The notes beneath the pieces are model-generated. The model worked only from the letters and a program-made list of their open reading frames with translations. It was not told where the DNA came from and did not search any database. Shown here in pieces: positions 48,993 through 63,300 of a stretch of DNA of 64,000 nt. The stretch comes from Azolla caroliniana. Its lineage: Eukaryota > Plantae > Polypodiophyta. The translations under genes and the position numbers were made by a program. The DNA lies in NCBI GenBank assembly GCA_043228905.1, contig JBHGNT010000021.1:3596001-3660000 (forward strand). The letters are read 5' to 3'. Every line of letters starts with the position of its first letter. Position 1 is the stretch's first letter.

Positions 48993-51099
48993 TCTCTCCC
49001 TCCCTCTCTATGTACTATTTGTTTAGGTTTTCGCTACACTTTTTTGTTGTTCCCTCTAATGTGATGATGATGGTGATCTCCTATTAGAAAATGCTAACTC
49101 CCTCTATATATATTATGTGGCAATAACTGATAATATCTAATTATAAACAAACAAACACACAACTAATCCTACCATGTGCTTTACCATTACATTATAATTC
49201 AATGGCCTTTTAGCTTTTGGCTTTTTTCTTTCTGGGCTTGGAGTCGACATTCATTGGTAAAATTCTTGAACGATATCACTACTCAATTCCACGCATGGTA
49301 CGTGAAAATGTTTTGCTTTTGGTCTTTGTCTAACTTCTTTTATTTCTAGGTTTTCCTTTAAATTAGGCTACATAATTATCTCTCTTCTAATTTTATTATT
49401 TTTGTAGAAGGGAGGGTTTGCCATGGTGAAACTTGTACATGTCCTTTTCTTCTTCTTATAATTGTTAGCGAAGATTACCATTGGGTTTGGAGTTTTCTAG
49501 TTAATAGAGGGGCATGGACACAATTATGAAGAACCTAAGGGCAATGTGGTTATCATGAGGATACTTTTAGTGCTTTTTTCTCTAATTTCTTATTTTTTTA
49601 TCCTTAAAAACTTCATAATAAATTTTTTTAAAGCTTCTCTCACAATTTTTTATAATTAATTCATGTCTTTGTAGCTAATAATAAGATAAACATAATTTCA
49701 AGAAAGAAACAAATTCTGGTTTATAGCTCATAGACAGCAAACAAGGCTTATCTATGCACATGCAATATTATAAAAACTTGCACATGCCCCAATTTCTCCC
49801 CAATGACAAAATGCCAACAATTATCATATATGTGATCATCAACCGAAACTAATACACCTCGAGTCAACATATATTTCATGTCAAATAATATATAATTAGC
49901 ACATGGTCGGATTTGTGTACATGTGTATATATGATGGCACACATAACCACACATCCACAAACATTAGATTGTGTATGCATGAGGCAATTTATATATTGCC
50001 CAAAGTGCATATTTATGTTAATGCTTGTGATAATTTGCGAGTGTGACATGCTTCGAGTAAAAATATGTATGATGTGAAATAAAATTTGATAAGTTATGTA
50101 TACATGTGTGATTTAGTATGACACATGCCATAGCTTTGCGTCAGCCATGTGTTTTGGCCTAAGGGTGTTTATGCTACATTTGGTGTTTCTTAATGTTTAT
50201 ACATTACATTACAATTAGTAAATATGGCAATATTGCAAGTTGGATATTACATAGAATGATGCATGCATTCAACTTATTTGTAACCGCTTAGAGAGATTTG
50301 TTAGGTTCACTGTCGCCTTCTTTTCTTGAGCTCTTGATATTGATGCCAAAATTAGCTAGGCATGCCAATATTGGGAACTTTTATATGTGGTATACTCTCC
50401 ACGAAAAAAGTGAAGCCATTTTTTGGCCTTGACCAATGAGATTAGGTGACAAACTTAATTATCAATGTATCATCATAGCATTAACATATTTTCAAGTAGC
50501 TTAATAGTATTGGGCTCACTCATTATTCTTGAACGTGACTCTAAACTTCTCTTGCCATAATGTTGCAATTAAAATGGGCCATAGGATTGGTAAATGGACG
50601 TCAATGCTTAAATATCTATAATCAGGATGCCTAAATCGTGTGTTAGGTTCACAGAGGGTCGATCCATCCATGTCGATGTTGTGCATCCTTTGACCAAGGC
50701 TTCTTTTGTTTACGGTTTGAATTAATATTGGTTCCTTTTGCAACCATTTAATTAGTAAACAATGAAAATTAGGATATATGTTAAAAAATTCATATGAGCT
50801 TGCACAAGGAAGTGAATGACAATATATTTTCTGCCCATTTGAATATTTTAGATGTGTCTTCTCATTTCCTTACCATGGAAGCAATCCTATTATTCATGTG
50901 TCCCTCTTATTTTTTGTAAAAAAAAAAGTTTTCTCTATAAATTTATATAGACATTCCAATGACATTATTAAACTAATCTCAAAATTGTGCATGACCACAA
51001 ATGAAGATATCTTCATTGCATGGTCCCATTTTGTTCAAGATTAAAATTCACTTATTGCTATATGCTAAGAACTAACCATGAGGAGGTTACCTCATTAGT

Positions 51100-53300
51100 C
51101 ACCACTTACCAAAGCTAAGACAATTAACGAGGGATTGTAGATAGATTTAAGTAGAGTATGTGGTTGATCAAGTAGAGGATAGGTGTAGTTGGAAATAATC
51201 TTAACTTATCTACTTCAACTACTTTAGTAAGATATGTGTTTGTGGGTTGATGATAAGTTTGAATATGTTGGATACTAACATTCCTTGCTACAATCAGCTC
51301 ACTGATGTAATGATAATGCACCTCGACGTGCTTTGTTCACGTATGAATTTTGAAGTTGTAGCCATTGTTAATTATTTTCTGTTCGAGTTCTCCTTTTTGC
51401 TTGTTTGTGCTTAGTATGACAATATGAATGTGATACCAAGTTTGGTGCAATAGTGCCTATTGCTTCAATGTTGGCTTTCGACGTTTCCAATACCCAAATC
51501 AAGTTTCCCCCAATGAATATTGGCTTTGGCTCTTGCCTATTTATACAAGTTTGAAACCTTAAAGGGTATCTTTCACTTATAAGCCCATTGATATTACATG
51601 CATAACCATAACTGATCCTAATATAGGTTTTTCGTAGTTTTCCCTAATATTATGATGAGTATGTATGGTTTCATTTTGAAAAGAACAAGGGTATGTACTA
51701 TGAATTGAATTACAAGTCTACAGTTTGAGATACCTATTAAGTATGTTATCACTTGACCAGTTCACATGAGTAGTAAAGTGTGTGAACTCACCAAGGCCTT
51801 AGGTTTTTGGTTATACAAAAAAGCTAGCTACCTTCTTGTCGGGGGGATTGACTTATTTTGAGATCGTGTTAGTGTGGCTATGAATATTGTTAGCTAAGCA
51901 CTTGCAATCCTTGCCTCACATCAACACTTGATGGTATGGAACATTGAGGAGGTTTGAGTCCATCTCATGTTGTCGCTAGGGGTGGTCAGGTGGTTGAACA
52001 ACCGTTTTACCTTTCTTTGGTCTATAATTCCTTGTGTTTTGCCTAGATAATTATTTAGACTCTAAACGTTTGGGATTAACCATTACAAACTAATAAAGGG
52101 TAGTCTCCCACAAATTACAAATATGAGCATATTTATTCTATACATTTGGCTTATTACCAATATTTGAGATTTTAACTATTACACTTGATAGGGATGTCAA
52201 AGCCAAAGAATATGACATTATTTACCTTATCACTACCCCGTCAATCCTAAACCAATAACTCCACTTGCAAAATAAAATATATTGAGTTTGGTCAATGCTT
52301 CAACCCTTTTCTTAGTAGGATGGAAAAAAACTACCTCTTTGTTGAGCCCTATTCGTATTGAAATATGAACCATGATGCTTATTCTATTATTCATACTACT
52401 CGTGGATGATAACTTTGTCTTAGTTATGTGGTTTCACGCTACTTGAATGCTATTAAGTGAAGATTTTCTTGAGCCACACTTTTCTTAGTAGGATGGAAAA
52501 AAACTACCTCTTTGTTGAGCCCTTATTCGTATTGAAATATGAACCATAATGCTTATTCTATTATTCATACTACTCGTGGATGATAACTTTGTCTTAGTTA
52601 TGTGGTTTCACGCTACTTGGATGCTATTAAGTGAAGATTTTCTTGAGCCACACTCTTCATAGGTGGCAATTGTTGAGCCTCTACATTATGTCTCTATGAT
52701 AGACAAAGCCATGGTGGGTTGCTTCTTATTGGTCCATGCGATAATGTTGATTCCCAAAGGGAAGGTGAAGACCAATGTTGATTGTGTGATTGGTTGTATT
52801 GCCATCCTTTTCAACATTTAATAGGGACATTGAGCCAAACTAGGAATCCCACTTTATGGAAAATGGCATGATCCCCGATGTTGCTAACATGTGTAGGGGA
52901 AGTTGTTTTATTCGTGATATGAAAGCTAATACTGCTCATGCACTAAATGATCTTCAAGTATCACGCCCTTGAAGTTGTATAATGGCTTCTTGTGTCAGCA
53001 TACCTTTGGGTGATAGGATTCTAACTCTCGAGATTTCCTTGGAGGAAGGCATTCATTGTGCTCATCTAATGGAGGTTGCATTCCCTTCACCACGGTGAGT
53101 GCTAACACTATCCAAATGATCATCAACTCTTCCCCATAAGAGCAAAGATAATATTGTATTCGACATCATGGGTTTGAGCATAAGCCCTTAGAACAATGAG
53201 GGAAACTTTTTACCGGTTCACAGTGCCACTAGAGTTGTATACTTCACTTTGTAGACATGTTGACGACCAATAGGCTTTGTGCGTGGTAAAGACAAAACAA
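51100..53300 (-). mobile_element. Highly degenerate Copia remnant
   Basis: TKHVEVHYHYISELI....I.T..Q...TK (~51225-51340) matches the Copia RNase H end. Weaker RT/INT-like traces lie upstream; boundaries are approximate. Confidence 0.5.
52306..52654. repeat. Near-identical tandem duplication, 2 x ~174 bp
   Basis: cttttcttagtaggatgg...gagccaca starts at 52306 and 52479. Confidence 0.95.
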
Positions 53301-53589
53301 GGTCCTATGCTTTGTTGCGTAGTGATCTTGCATCTCTTTATCTATTGCCTTCACCCATTGAGGATCTTGGACCGCTTGCACCAAGTTATTCGTCTACTGC
53401 AACCTTCATTATGAAGGCATGGCGGTGTGGTTGTTATAGACGAGTTGTGTCACCGATTGCTTTTGTGCTTTTCACAAGTCTTTCGTCACGCTAAATATCC
53501 TTACAATAGACATACCTAAATTGTCATCAGTTTAAAGGATCGAGCATTGTAGTTGCTTTTGTGCCTTTCACAAGTCTTTCTTAAATTTA

Positions 53590-53804
53590 CACATAGACAT
53601 AGACATAGACATAGACATAGACATAGACATACACGTACACGTACACATACACGTACACATACACATACACATACACAGACACATACACATATACAGATAC
53701 ACATACACGTACACATACACAGACACATACACAGACACATACACAGACACATGCACATACACATACACAGACACATGCACATACACATGCACATACACAT
53801 GCAC

Positions 53805-53871
<67 letters not shown>

Positions 53872-54045
53872 TACACGTACACGTACACGTACACGTACAC
53901 GTACACGTACAGATACACGTACACATATACAGATACACGTACACAACGTACACGTACACATATACAGATACACGTACACGTACACGTACAGATACATGTA
54001 CACATACGCATAGGCATACACATACGGATACACATACGCAGACTG
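53590..54045. repeat. Compound hexamer microsatellite (CATAGA/CATACA/CGTACA)n
   Basis: Directly visible; accounts for the spurious low-complexity ORFs here. Confidence 0.97.
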
Positions 54046-54319
54046 GACAAAATACATACACTCGACTCCCTCCATCAATCGATCGTATTTCTTCTCCTGT
54101 CGTGTAGCAGATCGGCAGAACAGGGGGCCTCTTTTCTTCGCTCTCCTCCTCCTCACCACTGCTGCAGACACATACAGCAACAAATCGACTCCCTCCCTCC
54201 ATCGATCGATCAATATTTCTGTCCCTGTCGTGGAGCAGATCGGCAGTACTAGGCTTCTTTTTGATTCCCTCTGCTCGTCTTCGTCCTCCTTCTAATCCCC
54301 CCCCCCCCCTCTGCTGCGA

Positions 54320-57300
54320 ATGACGACAGAGCTGGTCCTGAAATCCTCGTGCTGTTCGTGCGGCGTTACATCAGACCTTTATGGTAGCTCGTGTAGACAC
54401 CTCACACTATGCCCCGCCTGCGGCAAGACCATGATCGAGAACGCCTCCCCATGCCACGACTGTGGCGTCCCTCTCTCCGGGTTAATCCGAGTTAGTCTAC
54501 TTTTCTTGGGAAAAACCTTAAATTTTATTTAAATTCATTAATTTTCTCTCGTTGTTGGATTTCTTGCTTTGTATGAAAGCAGACACCTTATGGACTGGTT
54601 TAGGCTTGCTTATTTATTTATGCATTATTCTCATATTTTTTTTCATTTTGTTACATTTCATGCCTAAAACATCAAGATTTGGCGACCAAGATGTTACTTG
54701 GTATGAGAATCAGTTTCTCTCTTGTTGTGCTGTATTACTCGATTTGTTAATGCCCTCAAGGTAGCCCTGGGATTGCCCTTGATTGTTAGTTTTTTTCAGA
54801 CTATTCTGAAAGTCAAGTTAACCTATAGGAGATGTCTCTGTTAGTGCTAAACACATGATTGTTAATGTGTCAAGGTATTTTGTTGTAATTTTGGCTTACT
54901 CTTTCTAAATACAAGGGTTAAGCATAAAGACGCGGATATCATGGTTTTCACAGAGTGCGGCTGTGCTAAGATTTGATTATTAATGTCTTGAGGTGTAGTC
55001 TTGCAAAATTCACTTGGTTTTTAACTTCCCCTTCTCTCTGAACACATTGGTGAGAGCTAGATCATAGCTTAAAACTTAGTAAAGGTATCATGGGTTGTCA
55101 TAACTCTTGATTGCTAATGTCTCAATATGTCACCTGGCAAAGACATCTGAGTGTTTGTTTCAGCCTACTTTAATATAAATACACTCGATAAACCTAGGGA
55201 TTTGGCTATCACAGGGCAAAACCTACTGAAAGTATCCCGGGCTATGTGAACATTGGGTTGTCAGTTTTGGCCTACTCTTTCTATTGATAAACCTAAATTA
55301 GTGGTTCACTGATTAAAACCCATTGAAGCTATCCCATTCGTGCTGATATTTTTATGTAGCTTTGCCAACTACAGTTGATAGTTAATTTTGGCATCCCCTC
55401 TGAATTCATTTGGGAAACCCAAAAATTAGGAGTCTATAGGTTAAAAATAACTGAGGTATCATGGGAGTAGCCTTGTGAGTACACTTGATAAGTTTGGCCT
55501 ACTATTTGAGCACACTGAGAAAACCTAAAAGTAAATTTTTTTACTGTCTCAAAGTCTATTCTTACTGGATATGTAGCCAGTGGTCGGAAGCTATGGTATC
55601 TGATGTGACTTGTATTGGAGCTTAAGAAAATCACAAGAAGTTAGACTTGTTTGCTAATTTCTCCAGGTGTAACGTTACCTGAAGAAGTTTGATAGGGGCA
55701 TTGTCAATGTGTATAGCCTCCCAAAATTCTATTCTACATTTTACTGAAAGATGAGAAAATTTGGTGTCAGTGCCTTTATTGTACAGTGTAATTTTGCCTC
55801 AGTTTCCATTGTCATTGGAAAGAGGCAATGATTAGGTGTTCACATTTTTAAACTACTAAAGAATGCAGAGAAAATTGCTCATGGCATTGGAACCCACTCT
55901 CCAGAATACTTGGGTTAAAGTAACAGTCTTACAATCCCTCAAGCTGAGTAGTATTTAATCTCTTCCCCTTCTTGGAGGTTGATATGAAAGTGGGCTTTTT
56001 GTAACTAACAAGTACTTATATTTAACTCCCGAGATTGTTATGCAAATTAAATGCGAAAAAGAGTTAGAACAAGCTATCTTATAGTTATGATTATAAAATC
56101 AAATATATTATGCTCACAACTTCTGGAATCGGCATATTTCTCCCCCCATGACATAAGTTGCAATTACATTGATCTTAGGCATGTAGTGTCTAGATTCATG
56201 GTTGGACCCCACTCTCTAGAGTGCTCGGGTTAAAGCAACAGTATTATGATGCCTCAAGCTGAGTGGTAGATAATCTCGTCCCCTTGTTGGACGGTAAGAA
56301 GGCAGGCTTATTTATGCAAATTGTTTATCACAAGTACTTATAGTACACTTTTGATAGTACTATGCAGATTACATTTGAAAAAGAGTTAGTACAAACTGTA
56401 TTATAATTATGATTATTGAAACAAATAGGTCATGCTGAAGACTTCTGGAATTGTTACATATTTCTCCCCCTTATGAAATAGATTGTAGTTCTATTGTGTT
56501 TAGGCAGGTAGTTTCTAGATTCTACGCCAAAAGCACCCTTGAAGTTTCTGAATGCATAGAGATGAAGCTCTATCCTCCTTCAAGGCTACAATGTTGTGGC
56601 ATTAAATGCCATGCCGCTTTGATATTTCTGAATTCAAAGAGATCAATCTCTTGGCTGGTTCAAAACTACAATCTTGTGGCAACAAATGCCTCACCCCCTT
56701 GAAATTTCTGAAGGCAAAGAGATGAAGGTCTAGGCTGCTTCAAAGCTATAATGTTAGGCAGATCTTAAACACCATCGGCATCCCATACCACTGAATGTTA
56801 CCTAAGATCATACATTGGATGAAAAATTCACAGCGGTATTGTTAAGAAGAGCCTTGCCACACCACTAGTGTCTCGCCGCATTATGATAGATATATTTGTC
56901 TCCTCCCAATGAGGTTAGCTACGCCTCATTTTATGCTTGCACCTTAGGTCCTTGGGTCACCACATGTACTTTCCATGCATCATTACCTTATGTGAATTGC
57001 CTTGACTTTTAATATACCTTTAGAACCATTAGAAATTTGTCCCTAAATAATGTATTAAGGTTCTGCATGTAACACAAATTGAGCTCAGAGTTAGGGATAT
57101 AGGAATTAAAAACATGTGCCATTCAATAAATAAGTATAGAAAACCAATCCCATCGCTGCTATACATATATGTTCTGTTTAATCCTTAACATGATTTGGCA
57201 CGTAAAGTCTCATCCACATCGAACAAGGAATTTGTATTTTATCTGCACAACTCTGTTTACCTGTCTAGAGATTGTTGTGCTTCAATATGAGGGCCTTTTA

Positions 57301-60300
57301 ATATGGTCTATCAACTCATAAATGAGAAACTTAAGGAGTCCATCCCATGCAAGTCACTCAGAAGAGGCCGGAGTCTGCACAAAAGATTTTCTAACTATTA
57401 CAAGACCCTTGATTGTTAGAAATATGTGGTTCTAAGGTCATGATAAATAGGATCCTTACAATGACATCCAACCCATGGAATGAAATGCCTAGGTACCATT
57501 AGCCACCATTTAAACGAGGCATTCAATGAAGGTATCGGTTTTAATAATGGTAAAAAACATGCCACACTAAATGGAAAGCCTATTTACAGCTTTTGTAATC
57601 TTTGCCCACATTGCATTCACAAATGAATGTTTGCACTTGTGAAGACTGTGGACCGAAAGTAGAAAATGGTGTCATGTGAGCAGAAAGTTATGACTCAAGC
57701 TTGAGCTGGAGTTGGTAGTCCTTTGTCAACCACAATGGAACTTTGGTGGCAAGATAATAAGGACATGCTCAGCTGGCTAGTTAAAATTAAAACTGGGCTG
57801 ACGATCAGTATGAACTGATAGTAAGTGGTTGTGGAGTGGTCAAAATTGGTTGCATAACTATCATGGTGGAAGCAACATGATTGTAACAGCTTTGGGAACT
57901 CTTTGGAATATGTTAGCAACATTTGGTCTACAAGTTGCAACAATTTGTAAACGGTTGCTTCATAAGAGATATTTTGCAGTAATCCGACACACGAATGTTC
58001 CAGATCAAATTATGATGGAGATAATACATTGCTTATTTGACACACAAGGGTATAATTTAACTGAATCCCCCTTCTTGGTTACTTCTGCAGATTAGATAGT
58101 TGAGCTTTAGCTTCTCTTAATAATAGAAAAGTTTTCTTTCTTTAATTAAGTGTCACTCTTTCATGGCTCTCCAAATCCTCTTGGGAGAGAACCCATAAGG
58201 GTATGGATAGATTGTACTACGAGTTGTATTGTCTCTCTTGCGAAGCTTCAAAAAGTCTGGAGTCATCTTCTACAGAACAATGTATTTCATATGATATCTA
58301 TATCTATAACTCTTATGATTCATGTCACTCTTTCTCCAGGAGTTCAATGTAAAGGCTCATCCAGTCAGCAAGCCACATTTTGTGGGTAGATTTTTACAAG
58401 GTCTTCCATCATTATCAAGAAAGAAGAGTGGTGATCCAAAGTGGACCATGCAAAGAGAGGGTCTGCAAGGTCGCCAACTTACTGATGCTCTTCGGGTATT
58501 TTTCTTTTTTATGTTGCTTGTACCGTTTATGTATCAATTGTATGTCAGAATAAGTTAATAATGAATGGTTTGGAATACAATATTTTCGAAGAATCATTTA
58601 GAGAAGAGGATGCAAAAAATTATATTGGCATGCACATAGTTTGACAATATTTTAGGTCATACTACAGATTTCACCTATGGTAAGGATAGATCTTTGTTAG
58701 CAATTCAGTGAATATTTTTCTTCATGCTGCCTGGAGTAATTTTATAATCGTACATACCACACTGAATTGAACATAGGTGCTCTTTTCCATGAGATTGCTG
58801 CTTTGATTCGTTGTGTCTGTATGTCAATTGTCTATGTGCTTGGATATTTGGATATTTGATTATTCATTTCATTCTTGAAAACAGATATGAAAAATAAAAA
58901 AATGGATTTAAGGCCCACGCTTATTGTAACGATACCTGAATATAGGAGAAATATAAGGCAAAACCATGGCTCTTGGAAGACGACCAAGTAATTTTATAAT
59001 CGTACATACCACACTGAATTGAACATAGGTGCTCTTTTCCATGAGATTGCTGCTTTGATTTGTTGTGTCTGTATGTCAATTGTCTATGTGCTTGGATATT
59101 TGGATTTTTAATTATTCATTTCATTCTTGAAAACAGATATGAAAAATAAAAAAATGGATTTAAGGCCCACGCTTATTGTAACGATACCTTAATATAGGAG
59201 AAATATAAGGCAAAACCATGGCTCTTGGAAGACGACCAAGGACATCAGTCATTTCAAGGGGTACTAGAGGGTGGACAACAAGCTTCTTATTACCTTTTAA
59301 TGATGCATGGAAAAGACTTTCTGGCTATGCCTGCAGGTTCTTGGTATGAGTTCATCACTTTTTTAAGATCTATTTTACATAGTTGCCATCTGCATAGAAA
59401 TGTTCCTCACTTACATGATCCTATATGTGAATAATATACAGAGGTATTTTAAGGAATCAAATATGGATGCATAACAGGAAAATTGACGTCTCGTAAAAGT
59501 CCAAAATGACCCACAAGGCTGAGCATGAGAAAGAAAAAAAGTAATAGTATTGTCTACAAAAGGCTAAACTGACTTATGAGACCAGAACGTTCTTAGAAAT
59601 GTTTTAGCACACACATGATTGTATCTAGTCATAAATATGATAGATTGTCTGTAAACAAGTTAAAAGCTAAACTTGAGGTGTCCTCAGTATCCCTTATTTG
59701 TTATTTTATTTCAGAGGGTTTACATTAGTGTCGTCTATGGCTTCTATGGCAGGCTTTTTGAGATTGTAAGTGTGGGGAATAGGTTCTCAAGGTATTGCCT
59801 GTTTCCTCTATTTAAGGTGACTCCTCTAAGGTGTGTTCTATTGTTTGTTGAGGGTCAGAAGTTATGTGATGATGAATATAGGTGTTGAAAATCTACTTCC
59901 TAAATTGCAGCACTTTATTGTTAACATAGTCCATTGAATCTTAATGTTTGGGATATCTTTGATGCTTAAATTTATAGATTGTTTTTTTTCATTGTTTATT
60001 GTATCATATGATTCAAATAGGGCTTTTGATGGTTCAAAATTACACCTATTCTCAAAATTGTAACATTTTATTGTCATTGTGGTCTACTGAACCTAATGTT
60101 TGGGATATCTTTAATGCTTAAATTTAGTGATTGTTTTTTTCCCACTGTATGTATCATATTGTAAATACACCATCCTGGTACACCACTACACCACATATAT
60201 GGTGTTGTATGACTTAACAAACTAGGTGCCCATTCACATCCATAGTTCTCCTCTGTTTCAAGCACTTGACCAGAGCGAAGCTTGGCAGCCCAGAGATGGT

Positions 60301-63300
60301 CCAACTAGAATTGACTTTCAATATGCGGAATTGCATTCAATTGTAAAGTTTAACCCTATAATGTCACTTCATGTTAGGTACTCATACCAATGTTAGATCC
60401 CTCTGCTCTTCCACAACTCCTTCCTTCACATTTTCCCACTACATCATACTCTTTGCCCCTTCAAATCACTTTCTCTAGGGCCTAGGATGTCTACCTTTCC
60501 AAAACTTCAAATTTCTATTGAATAATAGGATAAATATCTATCCCAAACCAACAAAGAGAGCAATGGTAAAAATCTCCGTAGATCTGTTCAGGTGTAAATG
60601 TAAATTAACTCTTGGGGGTTTAATAACATCCATCCCAGTAATAGCAACTTTTAAGGAGTTTTTTGGTTCACATCCCTTATCACAATTTCTAGACCAAACC
60701 AATCCACAATCAAAACTAGTTCATAGAAGGAGAACTTGCCTATTTCTAAAAGAGGAAAATCATTTGCAGGTATAATTTTCATAAAGTAGCGAATTACAAG
60801 CAACTTACACTAGAGGAAGCCGAAGAGCAAATGAAGAATCGACGTAAAACTGCAGATGGATATCAGCGTTGGCTGATGAAAGCTGCAAACACTGGTGCGG
60901 CTGCTTTCGGTGAAATTGAAAAAGGAAGTGGTGGTGGTGGTGGTAGTGGTGGAGGTGGGGGTCGTGGTGGTTTCCGCAGAAGGGCTGATGATGAAGACGA
61001 GGCTGCTTTCTCTGATAAAGGAGAGGAAGATGCTGATGATGAGGAGGATAGAAAGAATAGGCTTGGCATGAACAAAAAAGGAGGTGATGAAGATGGAGAA
61101 GAGCCTGCTAAAAGGGATGACTTTGAATTCGATGATGAGGATGCGGAAAAAGGTATTTGGTCTTAGGGTTATTTGAGAGTATAGTTTCTATAAATTGATT
61201 ATGATTGCCGTCTATATTGTTCCTGGCAATTTATTGCAGGTGATGATTGGGAACATGAAGAAACTTTTACTGATGATGATGAAGCAGTTGGTAATGACCC
61301 AGAAGAGAGAGAGGATCAAGCTCCTGAGCTTCCTGCTCCACCTGAAATCAAAGAGGTGGCCATTAATAGTATCAATATACTCCATTTTTTAATATTTGCG
61401 TTCACAATGAGGCTACACCATCTAACATCTTATTTACAATATTGTGGTTTCTACGCTCTTAACTTGTGTTCATGAAATTGGGTTAGTCCAATAATATGTG
61501 AATCTGTTCTAAAACATCATAATTTTTGCAGCTACAAAATATTTCTATTTTTCCTGAAATGAATTTTGAAGCTTCTTACATGTATATCCATGCTATCTAA
61601 CAACTGTATTTCCATGACAGGAAGAAGAAGACGCAGAAGGAGAACAGGAAGATGGGCAGCAAGATAAGGGTGGTTTAAGTGAATCAGGGTTAGAGTTAAA
61701 GAAGCTGCTTGGAAAATCTGCTGGTTTAGATGAATCAGATGAGGAGTCCTCAGATGAAGATGTAAGTAGTAATTATATGGAAGCTATAAACAATGACAAA
61801 TATATCTTTCTGACGAGCATTATTTATTATGTAGACTGTTATCAGCAAAATGCTGATTCTTTCTATGAGTATTTTTAGATTGATATGGACAATGAGGACA
61901 ACGTATCTCCTGTTCTTGCTCCGAAACGAAAAGAAGTACCTAAGGAAGAATCCATGGAAACTACACCTGTAAAAGCTGCCGCTGTAGCAGCAGGACGCAC
62001 AACCCCAGCATCTAGTGTGGCACCCAAAGGCAAAAGGAAGGCTGGTGCCGATGAATCAAAATCTGGTCCACCTGCAAGTTCTAAGAAAGTCAAAGCAGAA
62101 ACTACACAAGAGGTTAAATGCTATAACTCTATCAGTATAAAAACACCAAAGTATCCCTAACCTTATGGATGTTGACTAGAGTACCCCCTAAGTCTCCAAA
62201 CGTACCAAACTCCTGTTTTGTAATGCACAAATTTATTACTTCAGTGGACTATTCTGCTGATTCTTAAAACTTTTCAGGATATTCTGAACTTCTGGTAAAA
62301 TGTCAATTGAAGACTTCATTCTAAGGATCCAGAATTTTTTTCTATAGCAGGATGCCAAGCTTTTGAAAAAAGAATCTTCTGTATCCACATTGTCATCAAC
62401 ATCAACAACCAAGGGAATTGTGTCACCTGCCAAAGGTGGAGGTGCAATGCAAACAAAAACTGGCTCCCAAGTGCTTGGAGGGGTCACTGAAGAAGATGTA
62501 AAGGCAGTGCTGAAGCAATCTGGACCTATTAAGAGTCACGACCTGGTCAACAAGTTCAAAAGTAGATTGATGACAGCTGAGGTTAGTTTTAAGGATAAAA
62601 AAGGCCTTAATATAGTTTCGTTTTTGTATGTTGTTGATGGTTACTGTGTAAATATTGTTGGGATGCATTCAGATCAGTGTTCTATGCTTGTGCATGGCTT
62701 CCTTTAGAGCCATATAAGATTTTGTATGTGTGTGCATATTTAAGATACCATTCATATTATCTTTTTCTTCCAAAGGTGACACTAACAAATTCTCTATTTT
62801 TAGTTAGAGAAAGAAAGAGAGAGATATATTAACATCTTTTAATAGGCCAAAATGGCCTATAAGACCAAACAAGAGATTACATCTTATCAGAACATTTAAG
62901 ATTCTCAGATCAAAAAAATTGTAATTTTTGTTTTTGAAAGGTCTCTAGTCTAGGTTGATCCAGAATGTAAAGGTCTCTGAAGCAAGGGAAGCACCTGCAA
63001 TAGCGGGAGATAATAGCCTTTATCTGTCAATGACAAAGGGTGAGATCGTGGTCCATGAGGCCAGGCCCTACATGCACGACAACTTGCTCTTGCCCGATCT
63101 ATTGTAGCCACTTTGTTATGTCCTGGTTGGGAACCCATTTCTGTGGCCCTTGATTTGAGTGATGGGGCTAAAGAATGTTGTGATTGTCCTTTGTTGATGA
63201 GTTTGTGTAGCTGTACTGTTGTCCTTCAACAACTTTTCCCTGTGTCTCTTGTGTTCTAGCAAGAAAAGACTAAGCATCTTTTGTCCTCATATTCCATTAC

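Noticed and set aside
53516-54213. Cys/His/Val-Tyr-rich 'metal-binding' ORFs
   Set aside because: They are artifacts of a stop-free hexamer microsatellite.
56800-58100. Possible L1 3' remnant in RAP74 intron 1
   Set aside because: Only scattered Trp/Cys hints; it cannot be delimited.
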